The position numbers and the translations under genes were made by a program. The notes beneath the pieces were generated by a model that worked only from the letters and a program-made list of their open reading frames with translations, was not told the DNA's origin and searched no databases. From Vicugna vicugna (Eukaryota): a stretch of 64,000 nucleotides of DNA. Of the stretch, positions 48,608-62,049 are shown piece by piece. Position 1 is the first letter of the stretch. Every line of letters begins with the position of its first letter. The DNA lies in contig MU058054.1 in the NCBI GenBank assembly GCA_013265495.1, forward strand, positions 186,001 through 250,000, read 5' to 3'.

Positions 48608-49380
48608 CAACTTATCTCAACCTCAGCTGGTGGCAATTAGCCCTGACTTGGCACCACGGATCGTCGTGGGGATTATAAACGATCTCAGTGCCTGTGAGTC
48701 CTGATTCTTACAGTTACTTTCACTTTCTTCTTGACCTTACCCATAGATAAATTCTTAATAGGGAAGGAGGCAGCGCAGGTGAATCAAACACAAAGGCTGC
48801 ATCCACATCGAGAAGGCACAGAAAACAGTCTGGCAGGGGGATCACTTCTGTTAGGAACCCAGTGGCAGCGACGGTCACCGAATCAAACACAAACTGATGG
48901 TGCAAGGGCAGTTTGTCATGATCATGGTCACGTCGATGCACAGATTTAAATCCCCTTATAATTTTAAGTAGTAAAATAAGATGAACTCATATTTTTTCTG
49001 CAACAGCACGTATTTGTTGCTTTCCTAATATTCTCTGGTGTGAAGATGTGGGGAAAATAAAATTTATTAAAGATACATTTTAATTTAAATAGAGCTGCAT
49101 ATTTAAAAAATTAAGTTGGTTATAATTATGCACTTTTTCTTATAAAAAGACAAGGGTTTTTTTTTGAGTTCTCTAAAGGGTTGATTTTACTACTCATATG
49201 TTTATGAAATGCTTTTATAAACAGCATGCCAAAAAAAAGTCTGAGGGGCTATTTATTTTACTTGTCTGCAAAATGTTTGATATTCCTCAAAAATAGGTTA
49301 TGTCCATGAAAATGTGCCTTGTATGTGACTGTCCTTCATTTTGTATGTCATTAGGGTAAAAAAAAAGGCTGAGAAACAAA
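48608..49380 (+). mobile_element. Probable non-autonomous hAT-Charlie element
   Basis: Degenerate TIR pair CAACTTATCTCAACCT and AGGCTGAGAAACA; internal ATAGATAAATTCTTAATAGGGAAG resembles a decayed MDKFLI hAT transposase start. Confidence 0.45.
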
Positions 49381-50749
49381 AGAAAAATCACTACATTATC
49401 AGTAAATTCTAAAAAAACTAATAAGATCAGCTATGAACAAAAGGGTCACTGAAGAAGATTAAAGCTGGATTTCTGAGTATCAGTGTGTGTGATAAATTAC
49501 ATAATTATTTTGCACCAAGTCCAAGACTCTTACCATGCAACCCACTAAGCCAAAAAGGGAGGAGGCGGGGATATGGGAATCTGTAGCATCTCATTTGGAT
49601 GCAGCTTGCTAAGGTACAAAAAAGATATTTCTCCAGGGAACACTGATATTTTTGTTTGGTTATATATTGCTGAATAGACTTGACAATAAAGATGTGTGGG
49701 TCTTTTTGAAACAAAAAATCTATTTTAAAAACCTTCAAATAAACCCTAGCAGAATTTAAAAATAGGGTATCTATCTTCCAAATCATAGCAAGATAAAAGC
49801 AAACAAAACACAGTCTGCATAACAAAAGGCAGGAAAAAAATAAATATCGTAAGCATGAGCCATAAGCAAGGTTATCAAAAACAAAATGCATAATCAAAAC
49901 AGTACATGTAAATGCGTTAAAACCCCCGATTAGAAGACAAAGACTCACAGTTTAGATTAAAAAGAAATCAACCGTATGCCTCATAAGAGACAGACTCAAA
50001 ACAAAGTTATGCAAAAAAGGTTCAAAGGAACATAAATGCAAAAATTTAACCTTAACTTCATGTGAGTTATAAATCTAACTGTGATATTTACTTTTCAATG
50101 TTGGGGCGGTGCTGATAAATAACTTCTCGTGGAATAAATATAATGATTAAGTATGGACCTACCTGTTTGAGCAAAATGTTCATGCTTATCCTCTCATGCC
50201 CTCAAGACTTCCCTCCTCTTCTTTATGTGCCCAGAAATCCAGTGTGTGTGTTATGTGTGCCTGTGCTGGTGGATGGAGTGAGTGGGAGAGAGCTGCTCAC
50301 GCCCATCTTTTGCATCACAACCAAATAGAAGGTCGAGTACAGAGCAAAGATCTTTAAGAATATGAAACTGGAAGTTGCACAGTCACCTCCATTCACATGC
50401 CGTTGGTGAGAGCTTAGTCAAATGGTCACACCAAGTAGTAAGGTGGGGCTGGGAAATACACTTTCTCGCTGGGTGGCCCAGTTCCCAGGATAGAGAGAAC
50501 AGTTTACTCAGTCCACCGAAATGATCATCAATGGTCTGTGCAAGACCCCTCACTTGTTCCATTCATTCATTCATTCACTCATTTTCACAGCCATTCCACA
50601 TACCCTCCTGTATTCCCCGGCAATCACTCTATTGTGTTTAAAGTACATACTTCGGTTTAAAATTTTAAAAATATGTAATTTTTAGTTTTGTGCGCATGTA
50701 TTTTTTTCCTTTTCAATTTTATTGAAATATAATTTACATTCAGTAATAG

Positions 50750-51350
50750 TCAGCAGATCTTCAACAAAGGAGAAAGACAATTCAATGGAATAAAGGGTTG
50801 TCTTTTCAACAAACAGTGCTAGAACAACCAGATGTCCACATGCCAAAAAAAAAAAAAATCTAGACACAGACTTTACACCTTTCATAAAAACTAACTCAAA
50901 ATGGATCATAGACCTGAATGGAAAGTGGAAAACCATAAAACATCCAGAGGAAGACAGGAGAAAATCTAGGAAACTTTGTATTTAGCAATGACTTTCAAGA
51001 TAAAACACGGAAAGCATGATTCAGAAAAGAAAAAAAAATGGAAAAGTTCGACTTCATTGAAATTAAAACCTTCTGCTCTGCAAAAGATGCTGTAAAGAGA
51101 ATGAGAAGGTCACAGGCTGAGAAAATATTTATAAAACACGTATCTGATAAAGGACTTGTATTCAAAATATATAAAGAGCTCTTAACAGTAAAAAAAGAAA
51201 CAAACAAAAAAAGAAACAAACAACCCAACTAAACCATACGCAAAACTTCTGAATAGATATCTCACCAAAGAAGATAAACGGATGGCAAATAAGCACGTAA
51301 AAGATCCTCAACATCACTTGTCTTTAAGGCTATGCAATTTGAAAGAATGA
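50750..51350 (+). mobile_element. L1 ORF2 C-terminal fragment
   Basis: ORF 51038-51232 FDFIEIKTFCSAKD..EKIF..HVSDKGLVFKIYKELL is L1 ORF2. Confidence 0.88.
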
Positions 51351-51704
51351 GCTATATATGTGCATGTATCCTTTAACTTTATAAGAAACTGTATTCCAAA
51401 GGGAGGCACCATTCTGCCTCCCTCCAGCTAAGTATAAGTTGCTCTGTGTCCTCAGCAGTAGTTGGCATTGTCAGATTTTTCGATATGAGCTTATTCTTCA
51501 GTTCAGTATTATCTCATGGTGTTAATTTCTGATTCCCTGATGACTAATCCTATCGAAGATCTTTTTATGTGCTCATTTGCCATCCATCCATCTTATCTGG
51601 TAAAGTGTCTGTTTAAACCTTTTCTTCATTTTTTTTTTAGCAGGTTGTGTGTTTTACTTGTTATTGTGTTTTGAGTTTTCTTTATATATTCTGGGTATAA
51701 GTCA

Positions 51705-52390
51705 GTATCAGTCAGGGTCCATTCAGGAGAATTATTAACAGGAGACTGGAGTCATAGGGAGTTGACTCATAAAAGTTCAAGAGAATGCTGATGAATACAG
51801 GAATAGCAAACAGGGACAGGCACTCCTGGCAGGGCTGAGATGGAGTGTTCAAGGAGAGGCTCCAGACCTTGCTGGAGAGAGCACAGTGTGGTCCACTGGA
51901 TGCTGGGCGTGACACTTAGATGGCTCACCAGGCGATACTAGAAATTGGCCATTTGTGGGAATGGAATGTTGTCTACAGGGAGGCGCAGACCTTGGAACTT
52001 GCTACAAAGTCACCTTAGGAATGTTTGAAGAAGCTGTCCACAGTCAGGTGACTTGCCAGTGACATATCACTTTGAGAATGTGCTGAGGGAAGCTTCTAGC
52101 AGCTGGGCACTGCCCTGGGCTACCAGTACTGGGAGCTGGGGAAGCTGCCCTCTGCAGGAGCCAGGCAATGGAGCAAGCTGCACCCTGTGGGAGCCCAGGG
52201 CGGGAGATCCTGCACTGTGCCGGCCACAGGCCACTCTTTCACTGTCCTTCCAGCATCCTCTACTGGCATAACACCATACCAGTGATTGTATTAGTGTAGG
52301 TGAAATATTTCCACAGCACCTCCATTATCACAGAGCAAGCAAAGAAGGGTGAGAAGGGTGGATTTGGAGCTGAGAAGCAAAAAAAAAAAA
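51705..52390 (-). mobile_element. ERVL LTR (LTR41/LTR52-like) inside an old minus-strand L1
   Basis: Minus strand begins TTGCTTCTCAGCTCCAAATCCACCCTTC. Confidence 0.5.
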
Positions 52391-52918
52391 AAAAGAAAAA
52401 AAGAAAAAAGAAAGAGAGAAAATTAATGACTAGGACAAAATCCTTTATCGTATGTGTGTTTTGCAAATATTTCTCCCAGGCTATGGGCCACCTTTTCATT
52501 TTTGTAACAGTGTCTTTTAAAAAGCCAGTGTTTTTAATTCGGTTCAATGTATCAATTTTTTTCTTTAGCCATTTATTCTTTTTTTTTTAATTCTAAAAAA
52601 TCTTTGCCTAACCCCAAATCGAAGATTTTCGCCTATGTTTCCTTCTAGAAGTTGTTTTAGCTGCTAGATTTATTTAGGTTTATGATCCATTTCAAGCTGT
52701 TTTGTATATGCATTTTTAAATTTTTATATTTATCTTTTTTAAAAAGACTATTTTGCTTTGAACAGTTTCAGGTTCACAGCAAAATTAAGAGGAAGGTACT
52801 GAGATTTCCCATATACCCCCTGTTCCCACACATGCCTAGCCTTCCCTGTTTCCAACATCCCCGACCAGAGGGTACACTTGTTAACAACTGATGAACCAGC
52901 AGTAACACATCATAATCA

Positions 52919-53083
52919 GAGGAAGGATATAGCTCAGTGGTAGAGTGCACACCTAGCATGCTTAAGGTCCTGTGTTCAATCCCCAGTGCCTCCATTAAAA
53001 ATAAATAAACAAACATAATTACCTCGCCATAGGAATTTTTTTTAATTAAATGGAAATTGTTAAACACACACACACACACACAC
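52919..53083 (+). mobile_element. tRNA-Ala-derived SINE ending in (CA)n, inside a minus-strand L1 3'UTR
   Basis: TSD ACACATCATAATCA at 52905-52918 and 53084-53097. Confidence 0.88.
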
Positions 53084-53934
53084 ACACATCATAATCATCT
53101 AAGCCCATAGTTCACATTAGGGTTCACTCTTATTGTACATTTTACAAGTTTGGACAAATATATAAAGACATGTATCCATCATTATGGTTCATCATAACAG
53201 AGTATTTTCCCTGTCCTAAAAATCCTCTGTGGTCCACCTATTCATCACCTCCCCCGCCCCTGGTATGCATGTTTTAAATTGCTAAATAACATACACACAG
53301 TATACAAAGATATATGAGTGTACTTTAACTTACAGGGATGGTATTGAAAAATTTATCTCATTCGACTTCTTCCTTTTGTCACTCAGCACTGTTTTTCAGG
53401 GCCATTCCTGTTGCTATGTAGGCATCGAATCCCTTGGTTCCCTAACTGCTACATGAGCATCTTCCACACCGTCCCCCTCTGCTCCTCCGCGGGTGGAGAG
53501 CTGAATGTGTATGATCGCCCCCTATCAGAATAACACAGCAGTGGACATTCTAATCCACATCCTCTAATGGACCCGTGTGGACATTTGTTTGGTATATCCA
53601 CTCAGGAGGAGATCTGCTGTGTCCTGGGCTATGTATACATCTGGTCTATGCAGTGCCAGACTGCTCCCCAGAAAGCTTGGCTGTCCTGCAACTCCTCCAG
53701 CAGCACACAAAAGAGCTCACGTCTCCACGTACCTGCTAACATCTGGCCTTTCCTAGCCTTCCAATTTTTGCCAGTCTCATAGGTGTAAGGTGATATTTCA
53801 TTGTTGTCATCATTGAACTTCTCTGATTACTGATGGTTTTAAGTCTCTTCATAGGCCTGTCTGAGTTACGACTTTTATAAATTGCCTGTTGATAAACTTT
53901 GCCCATTTTTCTCTAGGACCTGCTACCTTTTGCT

Positions 53935-56900
53935 TACTTTGGATTAAATTTGCTCTTCTTTTTCTAGTTTCCTGAGATGGAAGCTTAGATCACTGATTTT
54001 AGAGCTGTCTGCTTTTCTAACACATGCATCAATGCTCCAAATTCCTCTCTAAGCTCTACTGTTGCTGCATCACACAATTTTTGATTAGTTGTATTTTCAT
54101 TTTCACTTAATTCCAAATAGTTTAAAATTTCTCGAGACTTCTTCTTTGACCCACGTGTCATTTAGAAGTGTGCTGTGTAATGTTCAAGTATTGTGGGATT
54201 TTCCAGCCATCTTTGTGATTGGTTTCTAGTTTATTTTCATCATGGTCTAACAGCAGACATTGTAAGATCTCTATGTTTTAAGTTTGTTAAGGTGTGTTTT
54301 GTGGCCAAGAGTATGGTCAGTCCTGGTGAATGGTCTATCTTGATGAATGTTCTATATGAGCTTGAGAAGAATGTGCATTCCAGATTTGTTGGACGCACAT
54401 CAGTTATAACCACTTGATTGACAATTTGTGTTCAACTGTGTCCTTACTGATTTTCTGCCTCGTTGATCTGTCCATTTCTGAGAGGGGGTGTTGAAGTCTC
54501 CAACTATGATCGTGGATTCATCTATTTCTTCCTGCAGTTTTATGAGTTTTGCCTTGGATATTGTTAGGTGCATACATGTTAAGGATCATCATGTCTTCTA
54601 GGAGAACTGAACCTTTTATTGTATATAGTGCTTCTCTTTATCCCTGAAGACTCCTTGCTCTGTAGTCTTCTCTGTCTGAAATTAATACAACTTTCTCTTA
54701 ATTGATGTTATCATCATTAACTTTCTCTATCCCTTTACTTTTTTTTACCCCCTTACTTTTTTCAACTATTTTGAAATTTATTTATGTATTTATTTTACAA
54801 TATCATATTTTTTTAAATTGAAGTATAGTTGATGTACAATATTACATGTTACAGGTATACAGCATAGTGATTCAGAAATTCTTAAAGGTTATACTTCATT
54901 TATAGTTACTATAAAATATTGGCCACGTTCCCCATGTTGTACAATACATCCCTGTAGCTGATTGTATACCTGACAGTTTGTGCCTCTTAACCCTCCCCCT
55001 CCATCTTGCCCCTCCCCTTCCCTCTCCCCACTGGGAACCACTAGTTCCTTCTCTACATCTGTGAGTCGGTTTCTTTCCTGTTATATTCACTAGTTGGTTG
55101 TATTTTTGAGATTCCACATGTAAGTGGTATCTTACAGTATTTATCTTTCCCTGTCTGACTTACGTCACTTAGCATAATGGAAGTCCAAGTGCACCCATGC
55201 TGTACACCAGAAAGGAATACAACATTTTAAATCAACTGTACTTCAGTTAAAAAGCAAACAAACAACCCATTTAAAATATGGGCAGAAGAACGGAACTTTA
55301 CTTTTAAAGTATTTGTGTCTTTATATTTAGAGTGGGTTTCTTATAGATGACATAACTGGATCATGTCTTTTGATCCGCTCTGACACTCTGTCTTCTAACT
55401 GGTATATTTAGACCATTGACATTTAAAAATGACGACTGATATAGTTGGATTAATATCTACTATGTTTGTTACTGCTTTCTATAAGTTACCTCTGGTTTTT
55501 GCTTCTATTTTTGTCTTCTATTTTTTTTCTGCCGTTTGTGGTTTTAGTTGAGCATTTTATATGATTCCATTTTCTCTCTTTTCTTAGCATATCAGTTGTG
55601 CTTCTTTTCAAACTCTGTTTTAGAGGTTTCGCTAGAGTTTGCACTATACCTTTACAACAAATCTAAGCCCGCTTTCAGATCGCGCTGTACCACTTCATGG
55701 GTACTGCAAGTACTTACAATAACCAAGTATTCTTCATTCCTTCTTCTCATGACTTGGATTAGTGCTGTCGTTCAATCATTTACACATAAGCTATAACCAT
55801 TGAATACATCATTTCTGTTATTATTTTGAATAAACTGTTACACATTAGATCAATTAAGAATGCAAAAAATGAACGTTTTGATTTTACCCTCACTTATTCC
55901 TTCTATAATGCTCTTCCTTTCTTATGTAGGTCCAGGTTTCTGACCTGTATCACTTCCTTCTCTCTGAAGAACTTCCTTTAACATTTCTTGCAAGGTAGGT
56001 TTGTTGGCAACAACTTCCCTCAATTTTTGTTTGGCTGAGAAAGCCTTCATTTCACCTTCCCTTTTGAAGGACAATTTCTCAGGATACAGAATTCTAAGTT
56101 GATGGGGATTTTTTTTCTCTCAAGACTTGAAATATTTCACTACAGTCTCTTCTTACTTGCATGGTTTCTGAGAAATGAGATAAAATTCTTCTTTGTTCCC
56201 CTATAGGTAAGGTGTTTTCCCCCCCGCTTCCTTCCATATTTTTTCTTTATCTTTGATTTTCAGCAGTTTGAAGATAATATACTTAGATATAATGGCTTTG
56301 TTTTTTTGTGTGTCCTGTTTTGGGGTTTTTTGTTTGTTTGTTTGTTTCGTTTTTGTTTTTGGTTTTTGCATTTATCTGGTTTAGTATACTCTGAGCTTCC
56401 TGGATCTGTGTTTTGGTGTCTGATGTTAATTTTGGGAAATCCTCAGTCATTACTGATTCAAATTTTTTGTTTTTGTTGTTCCTTTCTCTCATTCTTTAGT
56501 ATTCCTCTTATGTGTATGTTACACGTTTGACAGTTTCTCCACAGGCTTTGGCTATCATTTTCTATTCTCTCCTTTCAGTCATTTTTCTCTTTGCTTTTCA
56601 GTTTTGGAAGTTTCTACCGACATATCCTCAAGCTGAGAGAGTCTTTCCTCAACCATGCCCAGTCTGCTAATGACTACAGCAAAGGCATTCTTCATTTCTG
56701 TTATAGTGTTTTTGATCTTTAATAATTTCTTTTGGAGTCTGCCTTATTATTGCCATCTCTCTGCTCAGATTGCCATCTGTTCTGGCATGTCGTTTACTTG
56801 ATCCTTCGGTGCCCTTAGCATGTTAATCACAGTTATTTTAAAACCTAGTCTGATAATTCCAGCAGCTCTGCCAGATCTGAGGCTGGTTCCGGCGCTTGCT

Positions 56901-57740
56901 CTGTCTCTTTAAACTATGCCTTTTGCCTTTAAGTATGCACGGTAATTTATTTTTTGAAAGCCAGACATGAGGTCCTGGATAAAAGGAACTGCTGTAAATA
57001 GGCCTGCAGTCACGTGGTCAAATGGGGGCGTGGGAAGGGGAGTCCTGCAGTCCTTCGATTAGGTCACAGACCTTTAGTGAGCCGGTACCTCTGGGCTGTG
57101 ACATTTACAAGTGTTTCTCAGGTTTTTTGTTTTTTTTGTTTTTTTCATTCCCTTAAGTAGGACAGGATGGCTAGCACTGGCTGGAGTTGGGGATTTTCCT
57201 TCTCCACAGGTTGGTTAGACTGCTAAAACCTCAGTTGTTTAGGCTCAGGTAAAAGAGTTTCTTCTGGGGGTGTTAGGAAGAACGGAGCCCTCTGACATAT
57301 TACAAAATGGTTACTTTTTCTCTCCCCCTGCTGGAAGCATGACCTGATTTTGTCTCTGACATTTGCCGTGAGAACCTGGTAGAGTTGCTGGAGGTTAAAA
57401 CTCACAAAAGTTTGGGTGCCCCTATAAGCCTGGGCCCCCTGGCGTTTCGAAACCTCAGACATGTCCACGCGGAGCCTCCAGCAAGTCACCAATCACAGTT
57501 CAGCCTTGCCTACCCTGTAACTGGTTGCCAGGGAAGTTTCTGTTCACAGGTTTCCGTTCTGGTAAGTTGTGAACCTCTGTCTGTGTCTCCAGTTTTTGGA
57601 GCAGTGGTTTGCTCTGTGTCCTCAGTTCTCTGACAGATCTAAAAAGAGTTGTTTCTTTTCAGTTTGTTCAGCTTTTAACCTGTAGGATAGAGTGCCAACT
57701 TCCAAGCACCTCACTTGCCCACTGGAAACTGGAAGTCTCT
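53935..57740 (-). mobile_element. Long old L1 (5'UTR, ORF1, ORF2 endonuclease), interrupted by a younger L1
   Basis: ORF 56283-56492 KFESVMTEDFPKLTSDTKTQIQEAQ (ORF1); GTTGGAGACTTCAACACCCC (VGDFNTP) on the minus strand near 54500. Confidence 0.8.
54743..55295 (-). mobile_element. Younger L1 3' insertion with inverted segments
   Basis: Minus-strand L1 3'UTR 54807-55200, then plus-strand L1 pieces; candidate TSD CTTTACTTTT at 54733-54742 and 55296-55305. Confidence 0.75.
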
Positions 57741-58672
57741 CTTTTGCCTTTTGGTGTGTATGAGTTACTAGTATGTTCTATGAATTAATCCCTTATCATT
57801 TTTAGATTTACATTCTCTCTTCTATTACATTCTCTCTTCTATTGTCCACAATATCCTCTTTTGAACAGAAATCCTTAATTTTCATATCAAATTAATCCTT
57901 TTTTTTCCCCTTCTGGTTTGTGCTTTTGAAGTTTTGTATAAGGAGTTTCTTTCCCAATCCAGGTCCCGAAGAGACTCCCTTATATTTTCTTCTATTAGCT
58001 TTAGTGTTTTATTTTTCACCTTAAGGGCTTTTGTCATTTCGAGTGTACACTTTTATTTGGAATCAAGGAGGAATTCCATTTTGTTTCTCTCCATCTAGTA
58101 AGCCGGTTTTATTGCCCCTTCTTCGTTGATGTGTGAAGCTTCCCAAGCATATACTCATGGTCTGACTTTTGAGTTTTCTCTTCTGTCCCATGGTCTGTTG
58201 GTCTGGTTTTGTGCAAATCAGTGCTGTTGTCTTAATTTGTCTGGCTTTTTATATAGCTTTCCAGTGTGCTGCTCTTTACTCTTGTAAGGCTGACTTCATC
58301 TTGTTCATCTATATAAATTTTAGAATGAGTTTATCAAGTTCCTGAAAAACATACCTGGAATTTTTACAAGAATTTCATTGCATATATAAGTTAATTCATA
58401 AAGAACTGACTCCTGTATAATATTAAGTCATTTCACCCAAGAGCATAAAATTTCCTACCATTTATTCAGGTTAATTTCTACATCCTTTTTTAGAGTTTTA
58501 ACGTTTTCTCCAGAGGTTTCTTGTATATTCTTGGTTAAGTTCATTCCCAGGTTTTGTACATGCATTTCTGCTGCTATTGTAACTAGAGATTGGTTACTAC
58601 TGGTGAAGAGAAACGTTTTGGATTTATTTTCTTAGGTTAGTATCGTATCTAGTGATTTTACTGAATTCTCTT

Positions 58673-59261
58673 TTAAAAAATTTTTTATTTTTTTCTCCTT
58701 TTACAGTTTTATTAGGTAGAATTATTACAGTACAACTGTACATACACATTATATTGCATGTAAATACACATATACAGTATACTGCAATTTTTTAGTTTAC
58801 ATAATGTACCAATTATTGTTTCTAGGAACAGATTAGATCTTTAGCTTTTTTAACTTACACAGTTATCAAAAGAATAAAGCCAACTACAAAATAAGAATCA
58901 ACAGAATGCAGTAATCCAATTGTAAAGGACAGTCAGATGTGCTTACCCATATTCAAGAAATCAAAATAATAATTAGTTCATTTGTGTTCTTTTTATTATT
59001 GTTATTATTTTTTAGGTTCCTCATATAAATGAAGTCCTCTGGCATTTTTCTTTCTCTTTCTGGCCCACTTAGAATGACAATCTTCAGGTCCATCCATATT
59101 GCTGCAAATGGCATCATTTAATTCTTTTTTATGGCTGAGTAGTGTTCCATTGTATATATGTACCACATCTTCTTCATCCAGTCATCTGTTGATGGATATC
59201 TGGGTTGTTTCCATGTCTTAGCTATTGTATATAGTGCTGCTATGAACACTGGGGTGCATAT
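58673..59261 (-). mobile_element. L1 fragment joined to a non-L1 polyadenylated segment
   Basis: L1 at 58970-59261, non-L1 at about 58705-58970 with AATAAA (minus, 58708-58713) and an A-rich tail; TSD TGAATTCTCTT at 58662-58672 and 59262-59272. Confidence 0.75.
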
Positions 59262-62049
59262 TGAATTCTCTTAATAGTTTTAACAGCTTATCTGTTGCTT
59301 CTCTTTGTTTTTCAAGATGAAAATATCATCTTTATATAATGAGAGTTTTCTCTCTTCTCTTCTAATTATTCTATTTCTTATTCTTTCTTCCCAATAGCTT
59401 TGTCTAGACTCTCCATTATTATATGTTGAATGGTAACAGTATAGTTGGAGTCCTTATTTTTTTCCAGACCTTAAAAAAAATGCACTTAAAGTCTCTTCAT
59501 TAAGTATAATGTTTACTTTAAGTTTTTGATATATTTCCTTAACCAAGTTAAGAATGTCTCTCCTATATCCAGTTTCCTAAATTATTATTTAATCACAAAT
59601 AGGTGATAAATTTTACCAAATGCTTTTTCTTCACCATTTGAGATAACTGTATGATTTCTGTCCTTTATTAATGAGGTGAATTCTGGTGCTCAGCCAACCT
59701 GAAACTCCTGGAATAAACCCTATTTAACTAAAATATATTTTTCAAAATATATAACTCGCTTATATGACTGGGTTAGTTAGCTGATATTTTATTTAGGATT
59801 TTTATCTCTACGTCATAGTTGAAACAAGCTTTTTTTTTTCATTTATTGCTTTGTTCTTAATGACTCTGGAACCAAGATGACACTGGTTTCATAAAATGAT
59901 CTGGGCAGCTTTTACTCTTTTCTCATTTTTTGAAAAAACTGATATAAGATAGGAATTAACTGTTCCTTGAAAGTTTGGTACAACTCCAGAAGTTCATAAA
60001 CCTTTTACTATCATGATTCTTCCAGCCTCATTGTTTTCTACTGTCTACCCCATGTTTTGAAAGGTTTGGTTTCAGTGAATAAGAGTACAGCGTTTTCTTT
60101 CCCCAGGTAGCTTCCTGCTGTGAAGTACACCCAGCCCTTAAGAACTGTGCCATCGCAAACTCAAGGTCGTCCACTACAACTGGACTGTCAGCTCTTACTC
60201 TCTAGCAGTAAAAGGGTAGCATTCCTCAGCCCCTCAAGTCTCCTCCTTAGCCCTCACCTTTTACCTTTGAAAAGATGACTCAGCCTCTTACTTTATTGAG
60301 CATAGGGGACTCCTAGGGACTAGCTCTCTTGAATCTCACCCACCTACTTACAGTGACCATATATCCACATCCATTCACACCTTTTTTCACCAGTCTCAGA
60401 AAATGAGGTGTCTTTTCTTAAATGCAAGACAATTCCTGTAAATGTGCTTCAAAATGTGCCATCCTTTCTACCAGGGACCTCACTCCTTTAGACCTCCTCT
60501 CTCTCCTGAAATTTAAACCCTCCCTCCCTACAGGGCTCCTTCTCCTCAGTCCAGCAACATAATCAAATCTCACCAATCCCCAAAAAATCCCTCCTTTGTG
60601 CGCTGTGGGACAGGCATTCCCACGCACTGCAGGTGGGAGGGTAAATTGGCAAGATCCTTCTGGGAAGCAATTTGGTAACTTGAATCAAAAGCCTGAAAAA
60701 CATTTGCACCCTTTGTCCCAGTAATCCTACCTCCAGAAACCCCTCTAAGGAAGCAATCAGAAATGCTGACAAGGAGAGATGTTTAAAGATGTTAATCTCA
60801 CTGTTATTTTAAGAGCAAAAATTGGAAACAATCTAAAGGTTCAATAATCGCGGATAGGTTAAATAAACTGTTCTTAAATATAATAAAATTGTGTGCAATC
60901 ACTGAAAATATCATTTTTAAAGAAGAGTTGACATGGGAAATTGTTCATGAAGCAACACTGTAAGTAAAAACAGGAGCATATAAAAATACATATATAGTGT
61001 GGTGCTGAATTTGTTATATATATAAAATAGTGAACACTTCTGGAATGTTAGCTCTTATATCCACTCTCTCACTCAATCTTCAAATCATTCCTTTACAGTT
61101 AATACTGTTATTCACGTTTTGTAGAGAAAGAAAATAGCTAGAAAGAAAAACATCAATGTCTACGGGAAGGCAAGGGGATTACTGATGAATTTTATTTTCT
61201 TCATACTCTTGTATTTTCCAACTCTTTAACGAGGAGGCATTACTTTTTGTCAAACAAACAGTGTATCATTCTTTTCCCTTCTGGTGTATATATGTGAGGA
61301 ATGAATAATTTGAACAATCCTCCCTCAGACTACTATTCCAACCACCAGAGACAGCCCACTGTGGGCAGTCTGGCTGTTTTCTGTTTGCTTTTCATTTATA
61401 TTTGGCTTTGGTATTTATATTTGCTTAGAAATTGTGTATGTAGACATATACACGTTAAAAAAGCAAATGTGATCATCTTACCATGTCAATACTTAAAACT
61501 CAGCAATGTCAGCCCTTTCAGCCACTGCATTTTGGTTTGCGCCCTGAGGGATGTCCAGGGACCCTCTCTGTTGGAGTGGCCCAAGTTGGACCATCTCCGA
61601 GTGTGCCTGGCTTCCCCAAGGGCTCCGGGTTTGCGTCCTGGAGAACTGAGTTCTTGTCCTATTTCTGCCATTTACTAGCTGTGCCACCAGAGGCCCATCA
61701 CTTTTTCTCTCGGGGGGTGGGGGTGGGGGCTGTTTCCCCATCCTTCCCATGATTCAGGGCGGTAACAGCTCTTGCCAATTTCAAGTTGGCTCCAAATGGC
61801 AGATGAATGCGACTTGTCTTAAGTGCTTCCCCCAATGCTTTGGGGCTCTTTGCTTTGGCTCCTTCCCACTCGTCTGCTGCCTCAGAGACACTTCAGCTCG
61901 TCTCAAGTAGAGACGGAGGCCAGGGGACAGCGATGCGAGGAGAGACATGTCTCCATACAAGTACCATAGGGCCCGGGGCTCGAGGCTGGCTTTGGAGCCC
62001 CTCTCCAGTTCACTCGAGAGACTTCTGATGGGCACCAGCAGGGGAGGAA

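Noticed and set aside
48731..48949. Terminal coding exon with an AT-rich 3'UTR
   Set aside because: Better explained as the interior of a hAT-Charlie relic; no partner exons found
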